A stretch of DNA of 64,000 nt from a virus. Its lineage: Duplodnaviria; Caudoviricetes. How positions within the stretch are numbered: position 1 is the stretch's first letter; every line of letters begins with the position of its first letter. Of this stretch, positions 50,152 to 60,247 are shown in pieces. The stretch lies in IMG/VR virus record IMGVR_UViG_3300043812_000026; one strand, written 5' to 3'. The position numbers and the translations under genes were made by a program. The notes below the pieces were generated by a model. It was not told the origin of the DNA and made no database searches. It was given only the letters and a program-made list of their open reading frames with translations.

Positions 50152-50346
50152 ATGTTAACAACACAAGCACGTTTGGCAAAGAAGAATAAACAGCCGGTTA
50201 GGTTAGTTGGTGACCTGTATCGCATAATTGACATTAAGCACGTTAATGGAACAAGAAAGATGGTTGCCACAATTAAGAAAATAGGCTTGGATCAGTATCG
50301 ATATAAGCCAATTGATGTTGACGTTGATTATTTAGAACAAGCATAA
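50152..50346 (+). CDS. Small hypothetical protein
   Basis: GAGGTGG RBS; terminator follows. Confidence 0.7.
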   Translation: MLTTQARLAKKNKQPVRLVGDLYRIIDIKHVNGTRKMVATIKKIGLDQYRYKPIDVDVDYLEQA

Positions 50347-50719
50347 CTATAGTGAATAACATATTAGAGACCAAAAATTTTATTATTAGATTTTGGTCTT
50401 TTTTGTTTTGCTTCCTTTTCTAAATTCCAGTTAGGTAAAAAGACGGGGGTGTACTAGAGGCAAGATAAAGATATAGATAGGGGTAAAACAAGGACATTAA
50501 TAGAGATAAAGATAGCTGTTCATGAATCGGGTGAACAGCAGAATTTCTAGTATAAAAATTTTTTGGGCTGGGGAATAGAGAACCTAGCCTTTTGTGAACC
50601 TAGCCTTCAAGATTAACGGGGGTGTGGTCTCAACCGTATTAACTAGACCCGAAGACTAGAAAACCTATTTAGCAAAATAAAAAAGCCCCTTCGGTAAAAA
50701 GTACCAAAGAAGCTAATAG

Positions 50720-50932
50720 TTAGATTAGGTTAAATTTTAATTTTAGGAATAAGACAATCAACAATAAACCAGCACCAGCAAAGCTTACTAGTATAGTGCA
50801 GACACCAGTGCAAGCCGTTGAGTATTCAATTCCGAGTAGTTTAGAAGTAGCCTTACAAGTTAGCTCCAGCAAGCTAATTAAAGCATTAGCAAGCAAATAG
50901 AATAAGTTATAAACACTAATTAATAAAGTCAT
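50720..50932 (-). CDS. Early small membrane protein
   Basis: RBS supports the MTLLIS start. Confidence 0.65.
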   Translation of the reverse strand: MTLLISVYNLFYLLANALISLLELTCKATSKLLGIEYSTACTGVCTILVSFAGAGLLLIVLFLKLKFNLI

Positions 50933-51278
50933 GATAAAACTTCCTTTTTCTTTATTTCTTATTACATTATTATAATACAATAAGCATTTTATATTGTCAA
51001 TACATAATCATAAAATAAAAGGTTAATTATCATATAGCCTTAATTGCTTGTATAAGGCTTTCTAAGACGTTTTATGATAGTTAGGTGTAATTAATCATTA
51101 AAGCAATAAGACAAGCACAGACAAGCAAACAGACTAAAATAATAATAAACTGAGTTAAATAGATAAGAATAAAGGGGATGATTTATAATAATGTTGCAAA
51201 TGCAACAATCCATCCCCTGCATAGATAAGACTGATAATAAAGCAAAAATAAAAAGGACTTATGAAAAGCCCTTGAATA

Positions 51279-51707
51279 TTATTTAAATCCTAATTGGTCG
51301 TTAATGTAGTTCACAATGCTATCTGCTTGCGGGTCGGTTAAGTCTTCTTCAATATCAATATCAAACTCATCACTTAAATCATTTAACACGCATTCTATGT
51401 TAATATATGCAACCATATTAGCAACCTTTTTAGGGTCGCTTAAATCTGTATTAACTAATCCAAATTGTTCAGTTTCATAACTCTTGACGTACTCAATAGC
51501 ACCAAAGACACCGTTTAAATTAGTGCTTGCATAAAGCTGATCTTCCTCACTAAACTCTTCTAATGCTTGTGAAGCCTTATATGTTCCAATAATCCATAAA
51601 TTGTTGCTAGTAGTATTCATTTGAATATCTTCAAGTGAATTGCTTCCGTTTTCTAATGCATCCGCAATAGTTGATAACATAGTGTTGTAGTTAAATTCTT
51701 CAGTCAT
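51279..51707 (-). CDS. Early acidic protein
   Basis: Own promoter/RBS cassette. Confidence 0.85.
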   Translation of the reverse strand: MTEEFNYNTMLSTIADALENGSNSLEDIQMNTTSNNLWIIGTYKASQALEEFSEEDQLYASTNLNGVFGAIEYVKSYETEQFGLVNTDLSDPKKVANMVAYINIECVLNDLSDEFDIDIEEDLTDPQADSIVNYINDQLGFK

Positions 51708-51794
51708 AATAATTACTTCCTTTTCTTTATTTATCTTACATTATAATAATAACATTGTTAGTTATTATTGTCAATAAAAAATTTAACTTTTTAT

Positions 51795-52124
51795 TTATAC
51801 AATAGCTGGAAAGTCTTTACCAGTTACGTAGTTTTCTAGCTTGTCGCCTTGATAGTTGGCTGAAAATTGCTTTGCAAATTCCTTTTCGTGACGGCTAGTA
51901 GTAGCGCTATAAATACCATTAGATAAAAACTTTCCATCTGGTAAAATGCAAGCTACGACCACATTATAAGATAATAGCAACTTTACACCATTTACCAGGC
52001 TTTTGACCTTGGCTTTACCATAGAATGATTTTCGGCTATCATAACGGGGGTTCAAATCTTCCCAATTAGTAGCGCTTTGAGCATTGAGCAATTCATTTAA
52101 GTTATAAGCAAATTTCTTCATCAT
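51795..52124 (-). CDS. Early hypothetical protein
   Basis: Cassette; SFYGKA..LLSY..YSATTSRH motif. Confidence 0.85.
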   Translation of the reverse strand: MMKKFAYNLNELLNAQSATNWEDLNPRYDSRKSFYGKAKVKSLVNGVKLLLSYNVVVACILPDGKFLSNGIYSATTSRHEKEFAKQFSANYQGDKLENYVTGKDFPAIV

Positions 52125-52195
52125 TTTAATAACTTCCCTTCATTTGATTACATTATAATAATAACATTGTTGGTTATTATTGTCAATAGTTTTAT

Positions 52196-52504
52196 TTAAT
52201 TTTGTTGTAATTCTTCCCACGTAGACTCATCATCGTAATAATCAACAGTCCCCTCAATGTAATTATCGATTTCCTTATCTTCGCCCCCGTTTTCCCAATA
52301 ATGATCAAATTGTTCTTGAGTCCAATTTAAGTCATACATATAATAATCAATAGCGGATTCATACACTACTTCTGACAATCCAGTGTTAGCGATGACAAGT
52401 TCTTTTTCTTCTTTACCCCGTTTCATTGTTAAAATAGCTTCACCGTAAGTTGTTTCAATAAGACTAACTAATTCAGTTTTTACCTTGTCTGTTAATTTTT
52501 CCAT
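52196..52504 (-). CDS. Early acidic protein
   Basis: Cassette. Confidence 0.85.
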   Translation of the reverse strand: MEKLTDKVKTELVSLIETTYGEAILTMKRGKEEKELVIANTGLSEVVYESAIDYYMYDLNWTQEQFDHYWENGGEDKEIDNYIEGTVDYYDDESTWEELQQN

Positions 52505-52593
52505 TTTTATTACTTCCTTTTCTTATTACATTATAATAATAACATTGTTAGTTATTATTGTCAATAGTTTATTTAAATTTTTATCTGGTCTGA

Positions 52594-52848
52594 TTATTTT
52601 AGTTTGTTAAATTCTTCAATTCTATCAATTCTATTAATTAGTTTGATAACTAAATTATTAGTGATTCCATTGGCTTGTAACTGTTCCTGCTCCTTTGGTG
52701 TAAGCAATTGCCAACTATCGTTAACAATTAGATTTTGTGGAAAAATGTTAGCATTATCATGTACAGTCTGTAAACTGATACTAGCATTAGTTGCTTCCCT
52801 TACCTTGTTAGCTAAATCATTCAGAACATTTTTAATATCATTAGTCAT
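52594..52848 (-). CDS. Early protein, paralog of 56031
   Basis: VNDSWQLLTPKEQEQ vs VNNSWQLMTPREQEE. Confidence 0.85.
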   Translation of the reverse strand: MTNDIKNVLNDLANKVREATNASISLQTVHDNANIFPQNLIVNDSWQLLTPKEQEQLQANGITNNLVIKLINRIDRIEEFNKLK

Positions 52849-53991
52849 TTTTATAACTCCCTTTCTTTATTACATTATAATAATAACATTGTTGGTTTAG
52901 ATTGTCAATAGTTTTTCTAAATAATTAAGAGTTTAAGCTTAACTCTCAAAATAAATCCTTGTTTCTTATTACACTTTTATAATAGCATACTTTTAACATA
53001 ATGCAAGCCCTAATTTTAATTTTTATTGATTGATTTTAGCAATTATAGCACCTACTAGATAAACAATAACTAGAATAGCCCTAATTTTCCATGTAAGCTA
53101 TTCTGAGGCGTTTTATCATTGTTTAGGTATAATCTATCATTAAAGAATAAAAATGAATTATACGGGGTTATATAAAGAAATAGGGCTATAGGATAATCAA
53201 GTTTCTTTTTTCTAAATAAGTATTGACAATGAAGCCTAATAATGTTATTATAATAATGAAAGGTAAATAGAACAAGCCCAGATAGCTGGTAAGGGAAACC
53301 GTTTTGGTTGTTGTTAGCTAGATATGTTTAGAGTAATCCGTACTTTTTTAAAAATCAATTGTCTACTTCCCTAATCATATACATCCACCGTATAGCCCTA
53401 ATTAATCCAAGGCTATATTCTGTTCTCAATGTTACAGTCCATATTATTCAGTTGTTTAATTAGTTTGTTTTTATCCTTATCACTTCCCTTCCTTAACTTT
53501 CAATTATATTATATCATTATGTAATCGTATTGTCAACACATTTATAGAATTAATTGGATCGATCCACTTATTAATAATGCTATTATATCAGTCTTCACGG
53601 GGCTTTTTTAACTCTAAAATTTATCAGTTGTTAAAATATTTTTATTAATTTATTTATACATTTTTGGTTCCATTCTGTTTTGATTAGTCTTTAATTAGTT
53701 TACTTTGCCTTTAATTAGTCCTTTATTGTTTGAATATTGTTATGTATTAGTCCTATATAGCTAATATTATGCTTGTTTTAGGCTTTATTAGTCTAATTAA
53801 GGCTTTTTATCCTCTTTTATTGGCTTTTATAAGGCTTTTTTATTGTTTTTAATTAGTGAAAATCATCACTAATTACTCTTGTTATGCTTATCTTTTATAT
53901 ATAAAATTAAAAGGGTGAAAACTCGTTAAACGTTGATATTACAACATTCTCAGTTTTTACCCTTGCTTGTGAATTGTTTAATTTATTCCCT

Positions 53992-54312
53992 TTACCGGAA
54001 AAGCTTATACTCTTCAACTAGTTTTTGCTTTAATTCAAAGATAACACTAGCTAGTCTATCGCTTAAATCCTTATATTCTGCATTATCATAGCTTAACAGA
54101 ATTGAGTCAAGGCGGTGTAATTCCTTATAGTATATACTATCAATATAATGAAGTGTATTATCCTTTACTAGTGCAATATCGCCCACGCCTAAACTCTTGT
54201 AATTCTGATTCATGTAATAGTTATTACTATCTTTAAAATAGCTTACTTTTATTTTGTCTTTATTACCATTAATACTAACAGTAACTTCTTTTTGTTCTAG
54301 TCCTTTTTTCAT
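53992..54312 (-). CDS. Early hypothetical protein
   Basis: AAGGAAGGAAG RBS. Confidence 0.8.
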   Translation of the reverse strand: MKKGLEQKEVTVSINGNKDKIKVSYFKDSNNYYMNQNYKSLGVGDIALVKDNTLHYIDSIYYKELHRLDSILLSYDNAEYKDLSDRLASVIFELKQKLVEEYKLFR

Positions 54313-54534
54313 TGTGATACTTCCTTCCTTATCTTTTAATTATATTATATCATATTGTATTTACTTTGTAAAGATACAATTTTAAGATTATTTTATACCA
54401 CAACAACCGCAAGAAGTCAAGGCTTTTACTGGGTAAAGTTATAAAGTTAGGTTTGTCTAAATTATGTTGTATTTGCAACAATTTTTTAATCTATTATTTG
54501 ACTTTTACAACAAAAGAAGGTAGGGCTGAATATA

Positions 54535-54582
54535 TTGTTTTATTCTGCTTACTTGTTTTATTCTGCTTACTTGTTTTATTCT
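54535..54582. repeat. Short tandem repeat
   Basis: TTGTTTTATTCTGCTTAC, about 2.7 copies. Confidence 0.8.
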
Positions 54583-54606
54583 TTGATATAAAAAAAAGAA
54601 GGTAAA

Positions 54607-54789
54607 CTAATCACCTTCTTTAATTACTTTATATACAATTGAATTTTTTTCTAGCTCATCCAATCCTACTAGATACTTATAGTTAGGGTTAATATTAATT
54701 ACTTGATAATTTTTATCAAAATAGCAATTATCACCTTGTGAATTTTGAAAATCAATCATATCTTTACCCGTCATTACAATAGGCTCCAT
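54607..54789 (-). CDS. Early hypothetical protein
   Basis: AAGGAG RBS. Confidence 0.75.
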   Translation of the reverse strand: MEPIVMTGKDMIDFQNSQGDNCYFDKNYQVININPNYKYLVGLDELEKNSIVYKVIKEGD

Positions 54790-54804
54790 TTTAATTGCTC
54801 CTTA

Positions 54805-55122
54805 TTAATAATCATATTCTGAACGGCGTAAACCTAAATAATAACACTTACCATCTTCAGCTTTACCAAATGATTTGTAAAGATAACTTTCTGGGTCGTC
54901 ATCATCCGTTGTATAAGCTTCACCCATGCAAAATGTTTGAATGAACTTGATACCTAACTGATTTTCTAAAATTTTTTTCGTTGCTTTTTCTAATGGATAA
55001 GGTGGCAAAACTTCATACATTTCAGAATAGATTTCATAGTCAACTTCTTGAAATAACTTTGGATTTAATTCACCAGTTGCTTCATTATTCCAATCTTCCA
55101 TAGTATATACATTATTAGTCAT
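54805..55122 (-). CDS. Early hypothetical protein
   Basis: Cassette; VLPP..FCMGEAY motif. Confidence 0.85.
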   Translation of the reverse strand: MTNNVYTMEDWNNEATGELNPKLFQEVDYEIYSEMYEVLPPYPLEKATKKILENQLGIKFIQTFCMGEAYTTDDDDPESYLYKSFGKAEDGKCYYLGLRRSEYDY

Positions 55123-55199
55123 AATTATAACTCCCTTTCTTTATTACATTATTATAATAACATTGTTTTGTTATATTGTCAATAGATTAAATTAAAAAA

Positions 55200-55511
55200 T
55201 TAAATATGTTCGATAATATTATCATAGTCAAATTCTTGTAATAAATAACGGTTTAAATCTTTCATAAAATAAGTAACTTTCATTTTACCCTCTTTTTCTA
55301 GTTGGTTGTTTTCTAGGTCAAAAAATCCAAAATCACCAGTTATAAGATTAACAACTTGAATATCACCATAATAGTTAACAATCATTCCAAAGTAGACTTG
55401 ATTTTTATTATTAACAAATAGTCGAGAATTACTATCAAAATTATCAAAATCCAAATCTTCAGCAATTCCACACGCTTGATTAAGGTTGTTCATATATGTT
55501 TCAATAATCAT
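55200..55511 (-). CDS. Early hypothetical protein
   Basis: Cassette. Confidence 0.85.
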   Translation of the reverse strand: MIIETYMNNLNQACGIAEDLDFDNFDSNSRLFVNNKNQVYFGMIVNYYGDIQVVNLITGDFGFFDLENNQLEKEGKMKVTYFMKDLNRYLLQEFDYDNIIEHI

Positions 55512-55647
55512 TTTTATTACTTCCTTTTCTTATTCTTATTAATAAAGTCTAAACACGTAAAAGTTTAAGCTCAACTCTTGAAATAATCCTTGTTCCTTAT
55601 TACATTATTATAATAACATTATTGTGTTATATTGTCAATAGATAATA

Positions 55648-56001
55648 TTAAAAAATTGAATAAGGTTTGAAATAAATACCTGCAGGCGTTTGTTTATAAC
55701 TTTTTAATTCTTGTTGAATAGGTAAAGGGTAATCGTTGAACAAGTCTTTAATAGCATTCTCACCATTAACCAATAAATACTCTTCTTGTAGCGTATCTTC
55801 TGGATAATAGCCTAATTCTAGCTTATTAGCTAATTCATTAAGGTTAGTACTTGACCCTTCAACGTTGCCTTCCCAATCAGTTAAAACGTGTTCATAAGTA
55901 ACTGAATAAAGTTCTGCATTTTTGTAGTCATTAGCCTTTGAATAAACAAAATGCTTGTAAAAACGGGAATCACCATACTCTGGTAGTTTGTAGATTTTCA
56001 T
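55648..56001 (-). CDS. Early hypothetical protein
   Basis: Conserved leader. Confidence 0.85.
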   Translation of the reverse strand: MKIYKLPEYGDSRFYKHFVYSKANDYKNAELYSVTYEHVLTDWEGNVEGSSTNLNELANKLELGYYPEDTLQEEYLLVNGENAIKDLFNDYPLPIQQELKSYKQTPAGIYFKPYSIF

Positions 56002-56030
56002 TTTTATAACTTCCTTTTCTTATTTTAATA

Positions 56031-56303
56031 TTATGCTTCTAATCGATTAATCCGATCAGCTAATTTTTTAGCTAACTCCCAGCTTGAACCGCAAAGCAGA
56101 ACTTCTTCTTGTTCCCGTGGGGTCATTAATTGCCACGAGTTATTGACTACGAGAACGTGTTCAACAATGTTAACAGGGTCATCAATTGCTTTATAGTCAA
56201 TCATCGCCCGTACCTTAAGATAGCGGGAAACCATACCAGCCAATTCATGGAATTTGTCGCAAGCGTAAATATTGACTTCTTGTTGTTCAGTTAAACGTTT
56301 CAT
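56031..56303 (-). CDS. Early protein, paralog of 52594
   Basis: RBS supports the MKRLTE start at 56303. Confidence 0.85.
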   Translation of the reverse strand: MKRLTEQQEVNIYACDKFHELAGMVSRYLKVRAMIDYKAIDDPVNIVEHVLVVNNSWQLMTPREQEEVLLCGSSWELAKKLADRINRLEA

Positions 56304-56475
56304 TTTGATAACTTCCTTTTCCTTATTACAATTATATAATAACATTGTTAGTTATTATTGTCAACCCTTTTTCTAAATAATTAAGAGTTTAAGCTCAACT
56401 CTTGAAATAATCCTTGTTCCTTATTACACTTTTATAATAACATTATTGTGTTATATTGTCAATACTAATTACATA

Positions 56476-56934
56476 TTATTTTTTGGGAATTTTAAAATCC
56501 TTGTCTTTTAAGAATTTCAAAGAATTATACATATTATACGAGTGTCCGTATTCTCTTTGATTTGTTAGTAAATCAATAAATATGTTATTAATAAAAATGT
56601 AGTTATCAAAAACAGTTAACATCCTTTTATAGCGGGGTTGCCAAACTAATAAGCAACTTGAAAAGTTAGGGGCGTAAATTCTAATGGTATCAATTTTAAT
56701 TACTTGCTTTAATTCATAATCTAACGCCTTGAATGTAATTAGATTAGTTTCTGAATCTGGTTTTGTGTAGTCATCCATGTTAATCATATATGAACGGTAA
56801 AAACTATACATAGATTTAGGCTTGTTTTGCGGTTTGATTTTGAAAAAATCTTTTAAGGTTAACACAATCCAGTCAACCCCCTTTATCTTCTTACCCACAA
56901 TGGTGTCATAATTGTTACAAAAATAATTATCCAC
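56476..56934 (-). CDS. Early hypothetical protein
   Basis: ORF; start uncertain. Confidence 0.65.
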   Translation of the reverse strand: MDNYFCNNYDTIVGKKIKGVDWIVLTLKDFFKIKPQNKPKSMYSFYRSYMINMDDYTKPDSETNLITFKALDYELKQVIKIDTIRIYAPNFSSCLLVWQPRYKRMLTVFDNYIFINNIFIDLLTNQREYGHSYNMYNSLKFLKDKDFKIPKK

Positions 56935-57080
56935 CAGTTAGCAGGGTCAAGCATAGATAACACGATAATAGGAGTAACAAGCACCAGTAAACAGATAATA
57001 ATTATTTTTTTGATCTTTTTATAAGATTCTGGAATCTGTTTATCACGTACATAATTACGGCGGTTGTCCCTTTCATTCAT
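56883..57080 (-). CDS. Early small membrane protein
   Basis: G-run RBS before MNERD; two hydrophobic segments. Confidence 0.7.
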   Translation of the reverse strand: MNERDNRRNYVRDKQIPESYKKIKKIIIICLLVLVTPIIVLSMLDPANWWIIIFVTIMTPLWVRR

Positions 57081-57096
57081 AATTGCCCCCCCCCTT

Positions 57097-57387
57097 TTAT
57101 CTACTCTCAATTAATGCTTCAACCGTGTTAAGGCTATCAGTAATTACTTGACTAACTTTTTCTAATTCCTTATTAGTAGGATTGTTACGGTTAATCAATA
57201 GCTTGTGTGTACCACTGTTATTAGTCGTGTAGATTAATACATCGTTTTTGTCGGTGCTATCATAGTCAAAAAGCCAATTGCCTTCATAATAAACGTTCAA
57301 TAAATCAAGGTCGATTGTAATATCATCGCCTTCAAGCACAAAGTCTACAAGTTCCATGATTTTATTAGTTAATTCCACATTAGTCAT
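57097..57387 (-). CDS. Early hypothetical protein
   Basis: Cassette. Confidence 0.85.
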   Translation of the reverse strand: MTNVELTNKIMELVDFVLEGDDITIDLDLLNVYYEGNWLFDYDSTDKNDVLIYTTNNSGTHKLLINRNNPTNKELEKVSQVITDSLNTVEALIESR

Positions 57388-57454
57388 TTTGATTACTTCC
57401 TTTTCTTTATCTTACATCATTATAATAACATTGTTGGTTAGTATTGTCAATAGA

Positions 57455-57862
57455 TTATTTAAAATATATCGATAAATAATTTATTAAATCGTATTGTAAT
57501 TTTTTGCTAGTCTTAGCAATAGTAATAACTTTTTTAGTATTGTCTAATTCTACTACTTTCCACCATTTTTCATTGACTAAATTGTTAACGTCAACTTCAT
57601 GGATACCGAGTACATTGTACTGTATTTTATTATAATTATTGAGTTCAAATTTTTGGATGTATTGACTTAAAACATCAATCGCAATTTTTGACCCCGCTTT
57701 CCCACTTGTAAGAACATCCAAAGCCTTATCAAATTTACTTTCAGAAACAAGGTCAAAGGCTTTTTCTAAGTATTCAAGTTGTTTCAATGTTTTTGCATCC
57801 TTCTTGCATAAGTCTTTTTTGAGTTCTAAATTGTGATTAAATGTTTTTGTAATGTTATCCAT
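57455..57862 (-). CDS. Early hypothetical protein
   Basis: Cassette. Confidence 0.85.
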   Translation of the reverse strand: MDNITKTFNHNLELKKDLCKKDAKTLKQLEYLEKAFDLVSESKFDKALDVLTSGKAGSKIAIDVLSQYIQKFELNNYNKIQYNVLGIHEVDVNNLVNEKWWKVVELDNTKKVITIAKTSKKLQYDLINYLSIYFK

Positions 57863-57997
57863 TTTAATATACTTCCTTTTCTTATTAAATTTACAGTCTA
57901 AACACTTAAGAGTTTAAGCTCAACTCTTGAAATAAATCCTTGTTCCTTATTACATTATTATAATAACATTGCTAGTTATTATTGTCAATAGATAATG

Positions 57998-58403
57998 TTA
58001 AAAAATTAGCTTAAAAATATTAGTAATATAATTATCTTTTAAGTCTAGTATATTATTACGATAATATAGATTGACACCATCAACACCAAGGTAATCATGT
58101 AAGATTGTAGAATTAACATTTTCTAAAAAAATATACTTCTCACTTGCATCCATCCAGTTAAACAACCATAAAGCAATAGGCGTTTCATCATTATCATGGT
58201 TATCGTACCAGTCATCGAGTTCAGTCCAGCACTCACGAAGTCCAGTTTCATCTTCTTCCATGAAAGCCATCGAAGTCACCATCGTATAAATCGTTAACTG
58301 TATCATTAACACGATTTTCAAGGTCAATAGCGCTTAAGGCTTGAACTTGCGCACTCTTTAATTCCATTTGATTAATAACATTCATGATTTCTTCATTAGT
58401 CAT
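57998..58403 (-). CDS. Early acidic protein with an apparent single-base frameshift near 58264
   Basis: Cassette start MTNEEIMNVINQ..DGDFDGF joins MEEDETG if one T is removed. Confidence 0.7.
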
Positions 58404-58754
58404 TTTTATTACTTCCTTTCCTTATTACATTATTATAATAACATTGTTAGTTATTATTGTCAACCCTTTTTTCTAAATAATTAAGAGTTTAAGCTCAACT
58501 CTTGAAATAAATCCTTGTTCCTTATTACACTTATTATAATAGCATACTTTTAACGAAATGCAAGCCCTAATTTTAATTTTTATCTGGTTTGGTAACTATA
58601 ACCCCTACTCACTCAACAGATACACAATTTTTTAGATTATTTTCTTCATATAATAGCAAATAGGACAAATTTAACACGCTTATAAATACCACACTAATCA
58701 ATAGAAGTCAAGGCAAAACAACACATTTTTTAATCTGTCTTTTTTCTTAAAAAA

Positions 58755-58837
58755 CCTCTGGTACTCGAAAATTAATATAATATAAAAGGAACCCATTTTA
58801 CTGGATTCCCTCTGGTACTCGAAAATTAATATAATAT
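58755..58837. repeat. 29-bp direct repeat (third partial copy 61314-61338)
   Basis: CCTCTGGTACTCGAAAATTAATATAATAT at 58755 and 58809. Confidence 0.85.
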
Positions 58838-59643
58838 TAGTCTAGTTTATTGGTAGCAGTTAACATACTAACCACCATTATCAATAAGTTTCCTTCTGTA
58901 CCTCGTAGTGTAATTTCTGTTTCTAGTGCGCTTTCGCCTTTGATAAATTTATTTAAGGACTCCTCGGAATTAGTTCCGTCTAATTTTCTCCAAGCACTAG
59001 AGTCACAATTAACTAATGTTAAAGGTTTAGTATCTAATAACATATGGTAATTATTTCTAATATCAATACCATAAGCATTAAAATAGGTAGTTCTTACTAC
59101 GCTAGAGTCTAAGTCTTTAATCTCGCTAAAAAATATCGGCGTACTGTTAAACATTAATTTAGTTACTCGTCCTAATAAACCTAAATTAATTAACTCAGAC
59201 AAATTATAAAGACTAATATCTTTATCATCCCAACTAGGCTTAATTAGTGGGGTAATTAGATACTCCCTTTCCCCCATTAATAGGTTAAACACGTATTGGT
59301 CATAGTAAAGCTTAACAATCGTATAGTCATGATTATCAACTTTAAATTCTCGATACTCATAATAACGGGGTACCTTATTTAGAAAAGTCCATTCATGAGG
59401 TTCACTTTCCTCAAACAGACCGGAGGGGTCATTCTTCAAATTCCATTCTAGCATTTCTTGACTTGAAAAAGTGCTGAATTGTAATAGTTCTAAGTCTTTA
59501 CTAAAACGGGGTTGAGCAACTAGATAAGTAAAACCTCTTTGACCTACATCTTTAGCTTGGCTAATACTCATGCTAATTAAGTGGTAGTTTTCTATGTGGT
59601 TAGCCATTGCCCGAGATGTTTTTAACTTCTTATACGTAATCAT
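58837..59643 (-). CDS. Hypothetical protein
   Basis: Operon ORF. Confidence 0.75.
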   Translation of the reverse strand: MITYKKLKTSRAMANHIENYHLISMSISQAKDVGQRGFTYLVAQPRFSKDLELLQFSTFSSQEMLEWNLKNDPSGLFEESEPHEWTFLNKVPRYYEYREFKVDNHDYTIVKLYYDQYVFNLLMGEREYLITPLIKPSWDDKDISLYNLSELINLGLLGRVTKLMFNSTPIFFSEIKDLDSSVVRTTYFNAYGIDIRNNYHMLLDTKPLTLVNCDSSAWRKLDGTNSEESLNKFIKGESALETEITLRGTEGNLLIMVVSMLTATNKLD

Positions 59644-59644
59644 A

Positions 59645-59938
59645 CTACTTCATTCTTTCACTGTATTTTTTGAGCATAGCTTTCGGATCCATAATGTCGT
59701 CTAAAATCCCACTTTCATCTAGTTGTTTCATTAAGTCCAATAGAGCAGGAATGGCATATGCTTTAATGTTATTATTAACTACTTTCGGTGTTAAATCAAG
59801 GATGTAATTAATAATATGTTGGTCTGGTGTTAAATCCCCAGCATTAAAAATAAAGTCGATTAACTGTACTAAATGTTTCTTGGTTAAAACATGATCTGAG
59901 ATTGATTTCAATTCATTTTCTAAGACACCTAAGATCAC
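59645..59938 (-). CDS. Hypothetical protein
   Basis: Operon ORF. Confidence 0.7.
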   Translation of the reverse strand: MILGVLENELKSISDHVLTKKHLVQLIDFIFNAGDLTPDQHIINYILDLTPKVVNNNIKAYAIPALLDLMKQLDESGILDDIMDPKAMLKKYSERMK

Positions 59939-59939
59939 A

Positions 59940-60233
59940 TTAAGCGTAGAGTCTTCTACAGTCTACCTCTTCAATCTTACTGATTAGTAAGTCCCGATCA
60001 TATCCATATTTAGAAACACCTGCACCAGCAATCGTCTTCTCTAACGTTTCATGTAGTTGAGTACTACCCATCTCTCTTAGTGCTTTATAATTTTCAAGTC
60101 CGAATGGAATAAAGTAAGTATCTTTATCCACTTTAATTACACTAAAGTTTTCAATTGGAACAATTTGTACGGCAACATCACCCATACTAGTCATATAGTA
60201 GCTAGTGTTATGTCTCATTGCATTAAATTTCAT
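59940..60233 (-). CDS. Hypothetical protein
   Basis: GGGGAG RBS. Confidence 0.75.
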   Translation of the reverse strand: MKFNAMRHNTSYYMTSMGDVAVQIVPIENFSVIKVDKDTYFIPFGLENYKALREMGSTQLHETLEKTIAGAGVSKYGYDRDLLISKIEEVDCRRLYA

Positions 60234-60247
60234 TATTAATCTCCCCT

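Larger units (their letters stand above)
50720..58570 (-). repeat. Early (host-takeover-like) cassette array: at least 12 near-identical promoter plus leader repeats
   Basis: TTGACAATAATAACxAACAATGTTATTATxATAATGTAA..AAGGAAG at about 50961, 51736, 52148, 52526, 52870, 55144, 55600, 56325, 56424, 57412, 57950 and 58425; TTGCAT variants at about 52970 and 58525. Confidence 0.9.

Noticed and set aside
53290-53540. Early cassette gene near 53480 (minus strand)
   Set aside because: Promoter and RBS are present but there is no intact ORF; probably a decayed cassette with too little left to call.
50720-58570. CRISPR array or integron
   Set aside because: The repeats are promoters/leaders separated by whole genes of variable length; no cas or integrase gene is in the window.
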